DNA of 60,097 nt, the filler included. It is 6 parts of 6 records of this genome, joined end to end, with 100 filler letters (N's around TTAATTAATTAA, not from the genome) between each part and the next. Parts side by side here need not be neighbours in the genome. Positions count along the whole stretch, not along the records: positions 21,577 to 30,424 come from SRR20825019_747; positions 30,525 to 45,012 come from SRR20825019_748; 4 more parts are not named here. The stretch is one strand, 5' to 3'. Below are positions 21,606-31,534 of the stretch, piece by piece. The notes beneath the pieces were generated by a model. It had not been told where the DNA came from. It ran no database searches and saw nothing but the letters and a program-made list of their open reading frames with translations. A program made the translations under genes and the position numbers. Position 1 is the first letter of the stretch, and the number at the start of each line of letters is the position of its first letter.

Positions 21606-21905
21606 ATTGATTTTCCTAAGTATTTTCTCATGTTGCACTAGAACATTCCATGTCAGTTGGATGTTCGGTTGGGAAGTTCTGTTTTTTCGGCAGATATGCG
21701 GCGGCACTGGCGATCAGCGCCGCGCGCTCTTCTTCGCGCCGGATAGCGCGTCGGGCGGCCGCTTCGCGGCGCTGCTTGTAAGTGCGCGCCATTACCGTTT
21801 GCTCCTGCTATCCGAGCAGATCTTCTTGAGATCGGCCACACGCATCCGGATCGGAGAGGTGCCGCCGCCGAGCTTGAACGCGCCGGGCAAGCGGCCTTCC
21901 TTGAA

Positions 21906-22580
21906 ATGCCGCGAACGCCGATGCAACGATTGCGGGCTCTGCGGGAACCGTGGCAGTTCATCGTGCTTTTCGTGGTCACGATCGGCGGTATCTATGCCGG
22001 GGTGTTCAGCCCCAACGAAGCGGCTGCCATCGGCGCTTTCGGCGCGATCCTGCTGGGCTTTGCCGGCGGCAAGCTCACCTTCAAACGGCTGATGCACTGC
22101 TTCCGGACAAGCGTCATCACGAGTTGCGCGCTGTTCATGATCATCATCGGGGCCAACCTGTTTTCGAATTTCGTGGTTCAGACCCAGTTGCCGCAACTGC
22201 TCCTGAATGCGGCTCATGCGGCCGGTCTTGCGCCATGGCTGGTCATGGTCTGCATCATCGGGATCTATATCCTGCTCGGCTGTTTTCTCGAGGGGATCGG
22301 GATGGTTCTGATCACCGTTCCCGTGTTCCTGCCCGTCGTCGTCGGTTATGGCTACAGCCCGGTATGGTTTGCCATCATTGTCGTCATCGTCGTCGAGCTT
22401 GGCCCGATCCATCCACCTGTCGGCATGAACCTGTTCGTGATCCAGGCGCAGCTGCCGGATTTACGGATCCAGCAGCTCTAAAGGGGGATCCTCCCGTTCC
22501 TGCTGGCGCCCTTTGCGCTGATCATCATGTTGTTCATATTTCCGCAGATCGCGCTCTGGCTTCCATCCGTGCTGTATTGA
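21906..22580 (+). pseudogene. TRAP transporter large permease (DctM) pseudogene
   Basis: GGIYAGVFSPNEAAA, ELGPIHPPVGMNLFV; N-terminal half absent; in-frame TAA at 22479-22481, after which the frame continues RGILPF...IALWLPSVLY to TGA 22580. Confidence 0.85.
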
Positions 22581-22779
22581 TCCTGTGGTCCGGGAGGGCC
22601 GTCCTCAGGAACTGCCCCCGGTCCCAAGCAGGGCGACATGGTTTTGCTATGGATTTGCCGATGATCTGCGTGTCCTGCCAGAAATCAACGTTCGTCTGGT
22701 CGTGGCATTTTGCGCCGAGATATCGATGCCGTCAAAAATGCAATCGCACTTCCGTGGAGCAACGGGCAAGCAGAAGGGC

Positions 22780-22876
22780 GAACAACCGCCTCAAGTCGTT
22801 AAAGCGAGCCATGTATGGCCTTGCCGGTCAAGAATTGATGAGGGCGAGAATGCTGCCGTTGAATCACAGACTTTGA
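22780..22876 (+). mobile_element. ISL3-family transposase C-terminal remnant
   Basis: NNRLKSLKRAMYGLAGQELMRARMLP resembles the ISL3 C-terminus NRLK.LKR.MYGRA..ELLRAR. Confidence 0.65.
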
Positions 22877-22943
22877 GGAAGAACCGCTTGAAGTGTAAAT
22901 CGACAAGGGGCACAGAAAACGGAGATGTCGGGCGATTGCCTTG

Positions 22944-23723
22944 TCAGTAGCGCTGAACCTTCAAGCCGATGAACCTGTCAGCCACGAAAATCACGATCAG
23001 GGTCAGCAGGATGCTGAAAGTGGAAACCGCCGCCGCCTCGGGCGTGAAGTTGAAGCGCAGATAGTCGAACAACTGGATCGGCAGGGGCGCGGAGCCGGTA
23101 CCCTTGAGCATATAGGAAATACCGAATGTGTCGAAGGAGATCACGAAAGCGAACAGGCCGCCATTGATCATGCCGGGCTTGATCTGCGGCATGGTGATCC
23201 GGCGGAACGTCGTCATCTTCGAGGCGCCGAGGGAACGCGCGGCCAGTTCGCAGGTTATGTCGGTTCCCTGCATCGAGGTCACGACATTGAGAAACACGAA
23301 CGGCAATGTCATCAGCACATGGCCGATGAAGAGCGCAATCGAAAAGCGCGTACCCAACCCGACATCGTAAAAATAGAACAGCAGCGCGATGGCCGTGAGG
23401 ATTTCCGGCAGTATCAGCGGCAGGAGAACGCCGACGCGGACCAGTTCGGCATTCCTGCCGGCGCGTCTTGTATAATAGATTGCCGCCATCGTGCCGATGA
23501 CCAGCGATACCAGTGTCGCCCCCACCGCCAGCCAGGTCGAGAAGATGAAGGCGTCGATGAAGACCTGGTTCTGCATGAAGGTGAAGAACCAGCGCAGCGA
23601 CAGCCCCTGCGGCGGAAAGGTGAGAAAGGCGCCGGCATTGAAGGACGCCAGTACCACCACAATGATGGGGGCCAGGATGAAGATGTAGATCAGGGTTCGC
23701 AGCAATGCGAGCAGGAAAGTCAT
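22944..23723 (-). CDS. ABC transporter permease (PotC-like)
   Basis: FPPQGLSLRWF, ELAARSLGA, FAFVISFD. Confidence 0.92.
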   Translation of the reverse strand: MTFLLALLRTLIYIFILAPIIVVVLASFNAGAFLTFPPQGLSLRWFFTFMQNQVFIDAFIFSTWLAVGATLVSLVIGTMAAIYYTRRAGRNAELVRVGVLLPLILPEILTAIALLFYFYDVGLGTRFSIALFIGHVLMTLPFVFLNVVTSMQGTDITCELAARSLGASKMTTFRRITMPQIKPGMINGGLFAFVISFDTFGISYMLKGTGSAPLPIQLFDYLRFNFTPEAAAVSTFSILLTLIVIFVADRFIGLKVQRY

Positions 23724-23727
23724 GCGC

Positions 23728-24570
23728 TCATTTCCACTTCATGCGGGTCAGTCGCGAAAATACGAGGATGATCAGGCTTGCGGCAACGGCCATCGACAGC
23801 GCCAGCGCCGAGCCGAAAGGCCACTGGAACTGGTCGAACAGGGTGTCCACCACCATCACCGCCATCGTCTTGACGCGCATGCCGCCGACCAGAACCGGCG
23901 TCACATAAGCGCTGACCGCCAGGACAAAGACCAGGATCACCCCCGACTGGACGCCCGGCATGGTCTGTGGAAAGAGAATGCGGCGGAACAGTGTAAGGCG
24001 TGACGCGCCCAGAGATCGGGCGGCGCTGAAGACAGCGGGATCGATCGCCTGTATAGCGCCAAGGATCGGCAGGATCATGAAGGGCAGGAAGACGTGGGCC
24101 AGGGCCACAACGATGCCGAACCGGTTGTACATCAGGGGCAGGGGCTGGCTGATGATGCCGATTTTCATCAGCGAGGCATTGATGACGCCGGTATTGCCAA
24201 GCAGGATCGTCCAGCCATAGCTGCGCACCACGATGCCGACCAGGAGCGGCGACAGGACAATTCCGTAGAACAGCGCCCGCCAGCGCGGATTGCAGTTCTG
24301 CAGGTGCAATGCGATCGGAAAGGCCATGATCAGGCAGACCAATGTGGTAACCGCGCCCAGGAAGAGCGACTGGAACAGTGCTGAAAGATAATAGGAATCC
24401 GACAGCAGCTTGACGTAGCTCGCGAGCGAGAATCCCGCGCCGTAAGGCGTTGAAGCCGACGGCGCGCGGAAGCTCATCACAATCACGTTGAGATAGGGCA
24501 GGATGATGAAGAAAAAGATCATAATCGCTGCTGGAAGAACAAGACCCTGGCGCTTGAACCAATCCTTCAT
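23728..24570 (-). CDS. ABC transporter permease (PotB-like)
   Basis: VVRSYGW, AARSLGAS, YVTPVLVGG, WPFGSAL. Confidence 0.92.
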   Translation of the reverse strand: MKDWFKRQGLVLPAAIMIFFFIILPYLNVIVMSFRAPSASTPYGAGFSLASYVKLLSDSYYLSALFQSLFLGAVTTLVCLIMAFPIALHLQNCNPRWRALFYGIVLSPLLVGIVVRSYGWTILLGNTGVINASLMKIGIISQPLPLMYNRFGIVVALAHVFLPFMILPILGAIQAIDPAVFSAARSLGASRLTLFRRILFPQTMPGVQSGVILVFVLAVSAYVTPVLVGGMRVKTMAVMVVDTLFDQFQWPFGSALALSMAVAASLIILVFSRLTRMKWK

Positions 24571-25631
24571 TTTTCCTCTCCCAACGGCCAGAGAGAAGGT
24601 CCGTCAAGGGTGAGGCCGATCTGCGTGCCGATCGCGAAAGCATCCGAACCCGGCGCATGCACCGCCATGTCCTCACCGCTATCGAGGGTGATCCTGTAGT
24701 CGGTGAAGCCGCCATTGAAATATCGCGACATTATCTTGCCAACCAGATGACATTCCGGACGGGGCTGTGACAGGCCAACCTTTTCCGGACGTACCATGAC
24801 GCGCACATTGGCGTCCTTGACATAGGCGCCGGCGACAGCGACCGGCATATCCCGCAATCCGAATTGCAACATGGCCGTGCCGTCATCTGCGATCGAAACG
24901 ACCCGCGCATCGAGAATGTTGGCATTGCCGACGAATTTCGCGACCCGCTCGCTGGTCGGCTTTTCGTAGACCTGTTCCGGCGCCGCAGCCTGCGCAATCC
25001 GCCCGTCAAACATGACCACGACGCGATCGCTCATCGTCATGGCCTCGCCCTGATCATGGGTGACATAGATCGTGGTGATGCCGATCCGCTTCTGCAGGTC
25101 ACGGATGAAGGTGCGCATTTCGTCGCGCAATTTGGCGTCGAGATTGGCAAGCGGCTCATCGAGAAGGAGGATCTTCGGCGCAATCACCATGGCGCGTGCC
25201 AGGGCGACGCGCTGCTGCTGTCCGCCGGAAAGGGCGTTGGGGTATCGATCGGCGTAGGGTTCAAGCTGCACCAGTTCGAGCGCCTCGTTGACGCGCCGGG
25301 TGATTTCCGGCTGGGAAATCTTTCGCATCTCCAGGCCAAAGGCGATGTTCTGCCGGACTGTCATGTGCTGGAACAGCGCATAGGACTGGAATACCATGCC
25401 GATGTCGCGCTTTTCCGGCGGCAACGCCGAAATATCGCTGTTGTCGAACAGGATCTTGCCGTCTGTGATTTCCTCGAAGCCGGCTATGCAGCGCAATGTG
25501 GTCGACTTTCCGCAACCCGACGGACCGAGCAGCGAGATGAATTCGCCGTCGGCCACCTTGAGGGTCATATCGTCGACGGCCAACGCTTTGCCATATCGCT
25601 TCTCGAGCGAAAGAATGGAGACTTCGGTCAT
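24567..25631 (-). CDS. ABC transporter ATP-binding protein (PotA-like)
   Basis: GPSGCGKST, LSGGQQQR, LLLDEP, VTHDQ, TOBE tail. Confidence 0.93.
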   Translation of the reverse strand: MTEVSILSLEKRYGKALAVDDMTLKVADGEFISLLGPSGCGKSTTLRCIAGFEEITDGKILFDNSDISALPPEKRDIGMVFQSYALFQHMTVRQNIAFGLEMRKISQPEITRRVNEALELVQLEPYADRYPNALSGGQQQRVALARAMVIAPKILLLDEPLANLDAKLRDEMRTFIRDLQKRIGITTIYVTHDQGEAMTMSDRVVVMFDGRIAQAAAPEQVYEKPTSERVAKFVGNANILDARVVSIADDGTAMLQFGLRDMPVAVAGAYVKDANVRVMVRPEKVGLSQPRPECHLVGKIMSRYFNGGFTDYRITLDSGEDMAVHAPGSDAFAIGTQIGLTLDGPSLWPLGEEK

Positions 25632-25801
25632 GCGGGACGCACTTTTCTTGTGTGGCAGCCGCGCCGCTTCTGTGATCGGGCACTGGCTGCGCTCGTTTTC
25701 ATTTTCTCTGCGGGAGGTCGGGTTGCGCCATGCCACCGCTCCGGCGAGGCGGCTTGCCACGGCAGAGCCGAGAAGCCGCTCTTACCGGAACGGTGATGAG
25801 G

Positions 25802-26845
25802 TCAGGAACCGAAAACCTCATTCCAGCGGCGCGTGATGCTTTCCGCGTTGGCGTTCATGTAGTCCCAATCCCATTCCACGAAGTCGGCCATCGCAGCGCC
25901 GGAGACGGGCACGTCCTTCTCAAGATCTTCGGGCACTGTCACCTTGGTGTTGACCGGCGAGACAAAGAACTCGCGCATCATCAGTTCCTGGGCCTCCGGG
26001 CTCATGATGTAGTTGATATACTCATAGGCCTGGTCACGGGTCGCCGGGTTGAGGCAGATACTGAAGGTCTGGTCCCACATCATCAGACCTTCTTCGGGAA
26101 TGATGCAATCGACCGGCAGGCCCTGGTTGCGCAACCTTGCGATCTCGCCGAAATCGAAAGGTGCGACAATGCATTCACCTGATGCAAAGGCGGTGGACAT
26201 GTTGAAGTCGGTCTGGATGACCGGGCCGAGTTCCTTGAGCTTGGCAAAGCCGACGTCGAGATCGAGGATGCCGCTTCCATAGATCTTGGAGGTCAGCATC
26301 AAAAACATCTTGCCGGCAGAATTGACGATATTGTAGAGGCCGATCTTGCCCTTGAATTCGGGGTTGTCCCAGAAGTCTTTCCAGGCCGTCGGCGGCGTCT
26401 TCACCAGATCGGTGCGATAGCCAATGCCGATCGGCGAGACCATGCCGACAGCGCCCCAGCCCTTCGCGGCCTGGGTCGCTACCGGATAAAGGTCATTCAG
26501 GTTTGGTGCTTTGGAATAATCGAGCTTTTCGAAAAAGCCTTCCTTGCGCAGCACGGTCGCATAGATCTCGTTGGTCATCAGCACGCCATAAGGCGGGTTG
26601 TCCTTGCCGGCAGCGCGCATGTTGGCGGTATAGACGCGGCCGAGCCCGGTATCGAGCTTGACGCTGTTTCCGGTCTGTTTCTGGTAGTCGGGCAACAACG
26701 CTTCCCGCCAGAATTTTTCCCAGACACCGCCATATGTGGTCACGACAAGTTCTTCCGCGGCGGCGGCGACTGAAGGTACCTTCAGGATCGCGCCTCCGGT
26801 GAGGAAGGTCATTGCCAGAATCATTTTACGCCTTGTCAATTCCAT
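25802..26845 (-). CDS. ABC transporter substrate-binding protein (PotD-like), Tat-type signal
   Basis: LTRRKMIL twin-arginine signal; TYGG, WKDFW, IPEEG motifs. Confidence 0.88.
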   Translation of the reverse strand: MELTRRKMILAMTFLTGGAILKVPSVAAAAEELVVTTYGGVWEKFWREALLPDYQKQTGNSVKLDTGLGRVYTANMRAAGKDNPPYGVLMTNEIYATVLRKEGFFEKLDYSKAPNLNDLYPVATQAAKGWGAVGMVSPIGIGYRTDLVKTPPTAWKDFWDNPEFKGKIGLYNIVNSAGKMFLMLTSKIYGSGILDLDVGFAKLKELGPVIQTDFNMSTAFASGECIVAPFDFGEIARLRNQGLPVDCIIPEEGLMMWDQTFSICLNPATRDQAYEYINYIMSPEAQELMMREFFVSPVNTKVTVPEDLEKDVPVSGAAMADFVEWDWDYMNANAESITRRWNEVFGS

Positions 26846-27124
26846 TTCAGTTCCCCTTTTTTTTAAGAATTGCGGGAGGATCTCCCTGGCTCGTAGCAGC
26901 GGCGCTTCCGGCCGCGTTCAGGACGGTTTTCCTTTCGTTAATCGTAGTTCTTGTTCAACTGCTCCGGCGGTTCGCGCAATTGCGCCACGGCTTTGGTCCG
27001 CGCCCCGCTGTCGCCCTGTTGTCGCAGCGCAGTGACATCCAGACCCGGAATTGCGGAAAAATCACCCTGCATTCGACAGACCTCATCTTGTTGCGCGTGA
27101 CGGCCGGCGATCGCCCCATCGGGG

Positions 27125-28105
27125 TCAGGATTTCGCGAAAGCCTGCCTGGTTTTCAGATCAATATATTCGCCATAGGTGATCGGCTCGTATTTGGCGGTG
27201 TTGCCATCGCTCAGAAACGGCTCGAGGCACTTTATTTCGGCGCTCTTGTTGGGGTTGAGAAAGAACGGGATCGATTGGCGCCGCGATGTTCCTCCGAAGC
27301 CGCTTGGCGGGTTTGCCACGCGGTGTGCGTTCGATATCCAGGTGTCATTGGTCCAACGCATGAAGGCATCGCCGATGTTGACGACATAGGCGCTTTCGAC
27401 ATTGGGCGCGTCGAGCCATTCACCGTTGCGTTTCTGCACCTGAAGGCCGCCCGCCGAGGCTTCGGAACGCAGGATGGTCATGAAGCCGTAATCGGTATGG
27501 GCGCCAGCCCGCATCTGCCCGGAAAGCGGGGCGTCATGCTGCTCGGGATAATTGATCACGCGCAGCGCGGAGAGATGTTCGGTGAAATCACTCTCGAAAA
27601 AATCCGAGGGAAGGCCGATGGCCTTGCAGAAGATTTGCCGAAGATGGCATGCGAGACGCTCCATTTCCTCGAAATAATCGACAAAGGCACGGTGAAGACC
27701 TGCCGGGACGTCCGGCCAGGCGTCGCCCCCGAGCCGTGGCCCGAAATTCAGGCTCTCCTTGTAGTCTCCTGGCGATTTGATGCCCAGCGTCGCGGAAAGC
27801 GCCTCGTCGGCAATCGGCGAAAAGGCGACTCCGCCCAAGTTTTCACGCCCGCGCCCGACCGATTTCTTCCAGTCTTGCGACTGGTCGAAGAAATCCCGCG
27901 CCAGCGTATAAAGCCGATGGGTCCGCTCGGTCGAGACGCCATGGCCGGTCACGAGGAAAAAGCCGGTGGTGAGGCTCGCATTCTCGATCAGTTCGACAAC
28001 GCGGTCTGCACCCGGTTCGTTCCTGATGAAGGGGCCGACATCGACCACCGGAATGAAATCGCCATCGCCATTTTCGGCGTCGAGGGGCGCAGCGGAAGCA
28101 GGCAT
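27125..28105 (-). CDS. 2-oxoglutarate/Fe(II) oxygenase, isopenicillin N synthase family
   Basis: IPVVD, GFFLVTGHGV, HTDYG (HxD), AHRV, RQSIPFF (RxS). Confidence 0.92.
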   Translation of the reverse strand: MPASAAPLDAENGDGDFIPVVDVGPFIRNEPGADRVVELIENASLTTGFFLVTGHGVSTERTHRLYTLARDFFDQSQDWKKSVGRGRENLGGVAFSPIADEALSATLGIKSPGDYKESLNFGPRLGGDAWPDVPAGLHRAFVDYFEEMERLACHLRQIFCKAIGLPSDFFESDFTEHLSALRVINYPEQHDAPLSGQMRAGAHTDYGFMTILRSEASAGGLQVQKRNGEWLDAPNVESAYVVNIGDAFMRWTNDTWISNAHRVANPPSGFGGTSRRQSIPFFLNPNKSAEIKCLEPFLSDGNTAKYEPITYGEYIDLKTRQAFAKS

Positions 28106-28140
28106 GGCGATCATCCTTTCGTGAATTCAACGATCCTATA

Positions 28141-28166
28141 AACAGATGTTGACAAAAACATCTGTT
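28141..28166. promoter_or_regulatory. Operator palindrome overlapping a TTGACA -35 box
   Basis: AACAGATGTT-GACAAA-AACATCTGTT, perfect 10-bp arms in the divergent intergenic region. Confidence 0.75.
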
Positions 28167-28207
28167 GTTGTCCATACCGAAAATAGAAGAACGGGATTAA
28201 CGCGAAT

Positions 28208-29326
28208 ATGGAAACAGAACTCGGCCCCCAGGAATCAGCCGTCCTGGAGATGATCAGAGCAAATCCGTTTGCGGGTCAGCAGGAGATCGCCACCGAGCTG
28301 GGCCTGGCGCGCTCCACGGTCGCAGCGCATATCGTCCAGTTGGTACAGAAGGGCTACATTCTCGGGCGTGGCTATCTTCTGCCCGAGGCCGGCCGCATCG
28401 TCTGCATCGGCGGGGCGGTGCTGGATCGCAAATACCACGCTTATTCGCCGATCATCGACGCCACGTCCAACCCGGTCAGGGGATTTCGCAGTTTTGGCGG
28501 CGTCGCGCGCAATGTTGCGGAAAATCTCACGCTTCTCGGCGCCTCGACGAGCTTCGTTTCGATTGTCGGCGACGATGAGACAGGTCGGCAGTTGCTGCGC
28601 CATCTTCGCGATCGCGGCGTCGATGTCAGCCAGGTGTTGATTACCAGCGAGCGGCCGACGGCGGAGTATGCCGCAGTGCTGTCGCCCTCCGGCGATCTCG
28701 CCTTCGGGATCGCCGACATGGAGATTTTCGATCTCTTCGCCACAGCCCATCTCGACCGCATCTGGCCACACCTTGCCGCCGCGTCCTGGGTGTTCGTTGA
28801 CTGCAACCTGCCCGCTGACACGCTGAACGGCCTCATTTCACGCAAACACGCCGGGCGCTTCAAGCTTGCGCTCGACGCGGTGTCGACGCCGAAAGTCGCC
28901 AAGCTGCCGGCGGATCTCAATGGCGTCGATCTCGTTTTCATGAATCTCGACGAAGCCAAGGCCTATCTCAACACCGATTTCGGCGATGGCCGTCAGGGGG
29001 CGAAGGCGGCTGCGGATGCGCTGCGCAAGAGAGGGGCAGGTCAGGCTGTGGTGTCGGTCAGCGGTCTGGGCATCGCCGTTGCTGGCGATCAGGGCGTCAA
29101 GGCGTTTCCGGCCGTCAAGGCCAATCTGGTCGATATCACCGGCGCCGGCGATGCCATGATTGCCGGCACACTATACTACCTCGTGGCGCATGAGGATATC
29201 TACAAGGCCGCCCGGATCGGCAGTCTGATCGGCACGCTGACGACGGAAAGCGACGCCAGCGTGCGCCCGGAACTGTCTGAAAAATTCGTCCGGTTGAACA
29301 TGAACCGCATTTCCGACGCCAGCTGA
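28208..29326 (+). CDS. wHTH + PfkB carbohydrate kinase (pseudouridine kinase PsuK/YeiI-like)
   Basis: N-terminal HTH (NPFAGQQEIATELGLARSTVAAHI..L..KGYILGRGY), TSNP, GGVARNVAENL, DITGAGDA. Confidence 0.85.
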   Translation: METELGPQESAVLEMIRANPFAGQQEIATELGLARSTVAAHIVQLVQKGYILGRGYLLPEAGRIVCIGGAVLDRKYHAYSPIIDATSNPVRGFRSFGGVARNVAENLTLLGASTSFVSIVGDDETGRQLLRHLRDRGVDVSQVLITSERPTAEYAAVLSPSGDLAFGIADMEIFDLFATAHLDRIWPHLAAASWVFVDCNLPADTLNGLISRKHAGRFKLALDAVSTPKVAKLPADLNGVDLVFMNLDEAKAYLNTDFGDGRQGAKAAADALRKRGAGQAVVSVSGLGIAVAGDQGVKAFPAVKANLVDITGAGDAMIAGTLYYLVAHEDIYKAARIGSLIGTLTTESDASVRPELSEKFVRLNMNRISDAS

Positions 29327-29514
29327 TCCGACGAAAGGAGCCTGATTTGCATTCATTCGTGAAGCCGGGTCCCGATGTTGCGGGCGCAAGCCCAATGTCT
29401 TGCGGGTCAAGAACAATACGGCGCACCCCGCCCGGATCGCCGGCAACCATGCCGCCGCGCGCAATCGCGCAGCTTGAAATTCATAAATCCCAAATCGGCG
29501 CAGAAAGGTAGATC

Positions 29515-30339
29515 ATGAGCGGAACAGCAGAATTCGAGACGATCCTCTACGAAAAGGACAAGGACGACAAGTTCGCCACCATCACCATCAACCGTCCGGA
29601 AAAGATGAACGCGTTGAACAAGCCGGCTGTTCGCGAGATCGACAAGGCCCTTGCCCTGGCCGTGGCCGATGACGATGTCAACGCTCTGGTGATCACCGGC
29701 ACCGGCCGCGCCTTCTCCTCCGGGTATGATCTCCAGGCAGACGATTTCGATGTCGACATCGATTTCTGGCGCCAGGACATGTCGGAAAATGCCGAGGCGC
29801 TGCTGAATATCTGGCGCGCTCCGATCCCGGTGATTGCCGCCGTCAACGGCTACGCCCTTGCCGGCGCTCTCGAACTGGTGATGTCCTGCGATCTGGCGAT
29901 CGCCGCCGATACGGCCAAGTTCGGCGAGCCGGAGGTCAGGCACAATTCCGGTCCGCCGGCGCTGATGATGCCCTGGCTTCTGGCCACCCGCGATGTGCGC
30001 TGGCTGATGTATACCGGCGATATGGTCGATGCCGAGGAAGCCCTGCGCATGCATCTGGTCAACAAGGTGGTGCCGGCTGATACCCTCAAGGAGACGGCCG
30101 AGAAACTGGCCCGCAAGCTCGCGCGCATGCCGGTGCCGGCCCTCAGATATACCAAGGCGTCGATCAACAACCAGCAGATGGTGGCCGGCCTGGCGTCGTC
30201 CTTCCAGTACAATATCGAGGCGATTGCCGCCCTGCATGTGACCAGTCAGGGGCGTGAATGGATGCGCAAACTCGGACAGATGTCGCTCAAGGAATATCTC
30301 TCCTTCCGCGATGCCCCGTTCAAGGATCTCGATATCTAG
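29515..30339 (+). CDS. Enoyl-CoA hydratase/isomerase family protein
   Basis: INRPEKMNAL, RAFSSGYDL, AAVNGYALAG, FGEPEV. Confidence 0.92.
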   Translation: MSGTAEFETILYEKDKDDKFATITINRPEKMNALNKPAVREIDKALALAVADDDVNALVITGTGRAFSSGYDLQADDFDVDIDFWRQDMSENAEALLNIWRAPIPVIAAVNGYALAGALELVMSCDLAIAADTAKFGEPEVRHNSGPPALMMPWLLATRDVRWLMYTGDMVDAEEALRMHLVNKVVPADTLKETAEKLARKLARMPVPALRYTKASINNQQMVAGLASSFQYNIEAIAALHVTSQGREWMRKLGQMSLKEYLSFRDAPFKDLDI

Positions 30340-30424
30340 TGGAATGAATTTGACATTTGAGTCCCGTTTCAGCGACCTCGTCCACCAAATGCAGAATTCT
30401 AAAATTCCACTAGAAAACATATAC

Positions 30425-30524
30425 NNNNNNNNNNNNNNNNNNNNNNNNNNNNNNNNNNNNNNNNNNNNTTAATTAATTAANNNNNNNNNNNNNNNNNNNN
30501 NNNNNNNNNNNNNNNNNNNNNNNN
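30425..30524. other. Artificial contig linker
   Basis: N44-TTAATTAATTAA-N44. Confidence 0.98.
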
Positions 30525-30548
30525 GGGGGGGGGGGGGGGGGGGGGGGG
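30525..30548 (+). repeat. Poly-G tract at the start of the eukaryotic contig
   Basis: 24 G directly at the contig end. Confidence 0.9.
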
Positions 30549-31534
30549 TCGGTGAGCGTCCGGGCCGGCGGGGCGCGGCCGGGCGGCCCGGTGAGAGGGC
30601 GGCCGCTGGGAGCCGCGGCCCGGGCGGGGCCGGGGCGCGGCGGCGGCCCCGGCGCGCCGGTGCTCGCCGGGCGCGCCGCCGCCGCCGCCGGGCCGACTCG
30701 CCCACGGGCCGCCGCGGGGACTCGCGACGCCGGGCCGGCGAAGGGGGTCGCATCGACGAATTTCTGAAAGAGGATCATTGGTATCCGAGAAAGCTTCTAT
30801 TCACCGGTTGAGGCACTGATCGCCCGCCGGGCGCCCACCCGCCGGCTCGACAACCCGGCATGGGCGCCTCAGACCGGTGACTGCCTCGTTGCACCCGCGC
30901 ACCCAGCCAGCCGGGTCGGGGTGCCGGGTATGACTCGAACTGAAGATGGCAGGCTGAGTGAGCCGGGGACGGTCCTCGGACTGACTCCATCGGCGGCGGG
31001 CCTCCCGTCCCCGCCGCGCCGGCCGGGCCTGCGGCCAGTCCGGTCAGTGTCAGTCATTGGCCGGTCGCGCGGGGCCGCCGGCGGCCCGCGGTGAGTGAAC
31101 CTGACCGGCGGGCCGGCGTCTGCCGGGGGCCGGCCGCTCCGGCCCGGCGGCGGGCCCGGCCCCGGGCCGGCCTGGCCCGCCGGCTTCCGACGGCCGCCCC
31201 GCCCCCGCCGGGGGTGCCGGAGAGCCGCGGCGGGGCGCCTCCCAGGCCGGGCCGCAGTGCCCTTTCCCAGGTTCGTAACCGGCCACCGCCCCTAGAGCCC
31301 TTGGGCACGGTCCTCCAATCAGAGGACGGAGCCATGCTGCCACTGCTACTGAACACGATCGAATGTTCGTGCTGGCGCTATTGCCTCAAGCCCGGGCTGT
31401 GTCACCAACATACGGTGAAGTATCTCTGCATAGATACCTAGTGACGGGTGCCACAAGAAACCCCTAGAGTCTCTGACGTCACACCGAGCGGTGAGACGGC
31501 CCGACCCTTGGCTCCAGAGGGCCGGCGTACGACC

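Noticed and set aside
30525-30548. Poly-G ends as telomeres or terminal repeats of a linear element
   Set aside because: Both G-runs are on the same strand and are not inverted; more likely assembly breaks at homopolymers or sequencing artefacts
30770-30780. AGGATCATT resembling the 18S rRNA 3' end, with GC-rich flanks like ITS
   Set aside because: The upstream GTAGGTGAACCTGCGG is missing and no 5.8S follows
30469-31441. Pro/Arg/Gly/Ala-rich ORFs in GC blocks (also 35639-36305 and 41147-41780)
   Set aside because: Stop-poor artefacts of extreme GC; no domain motifs
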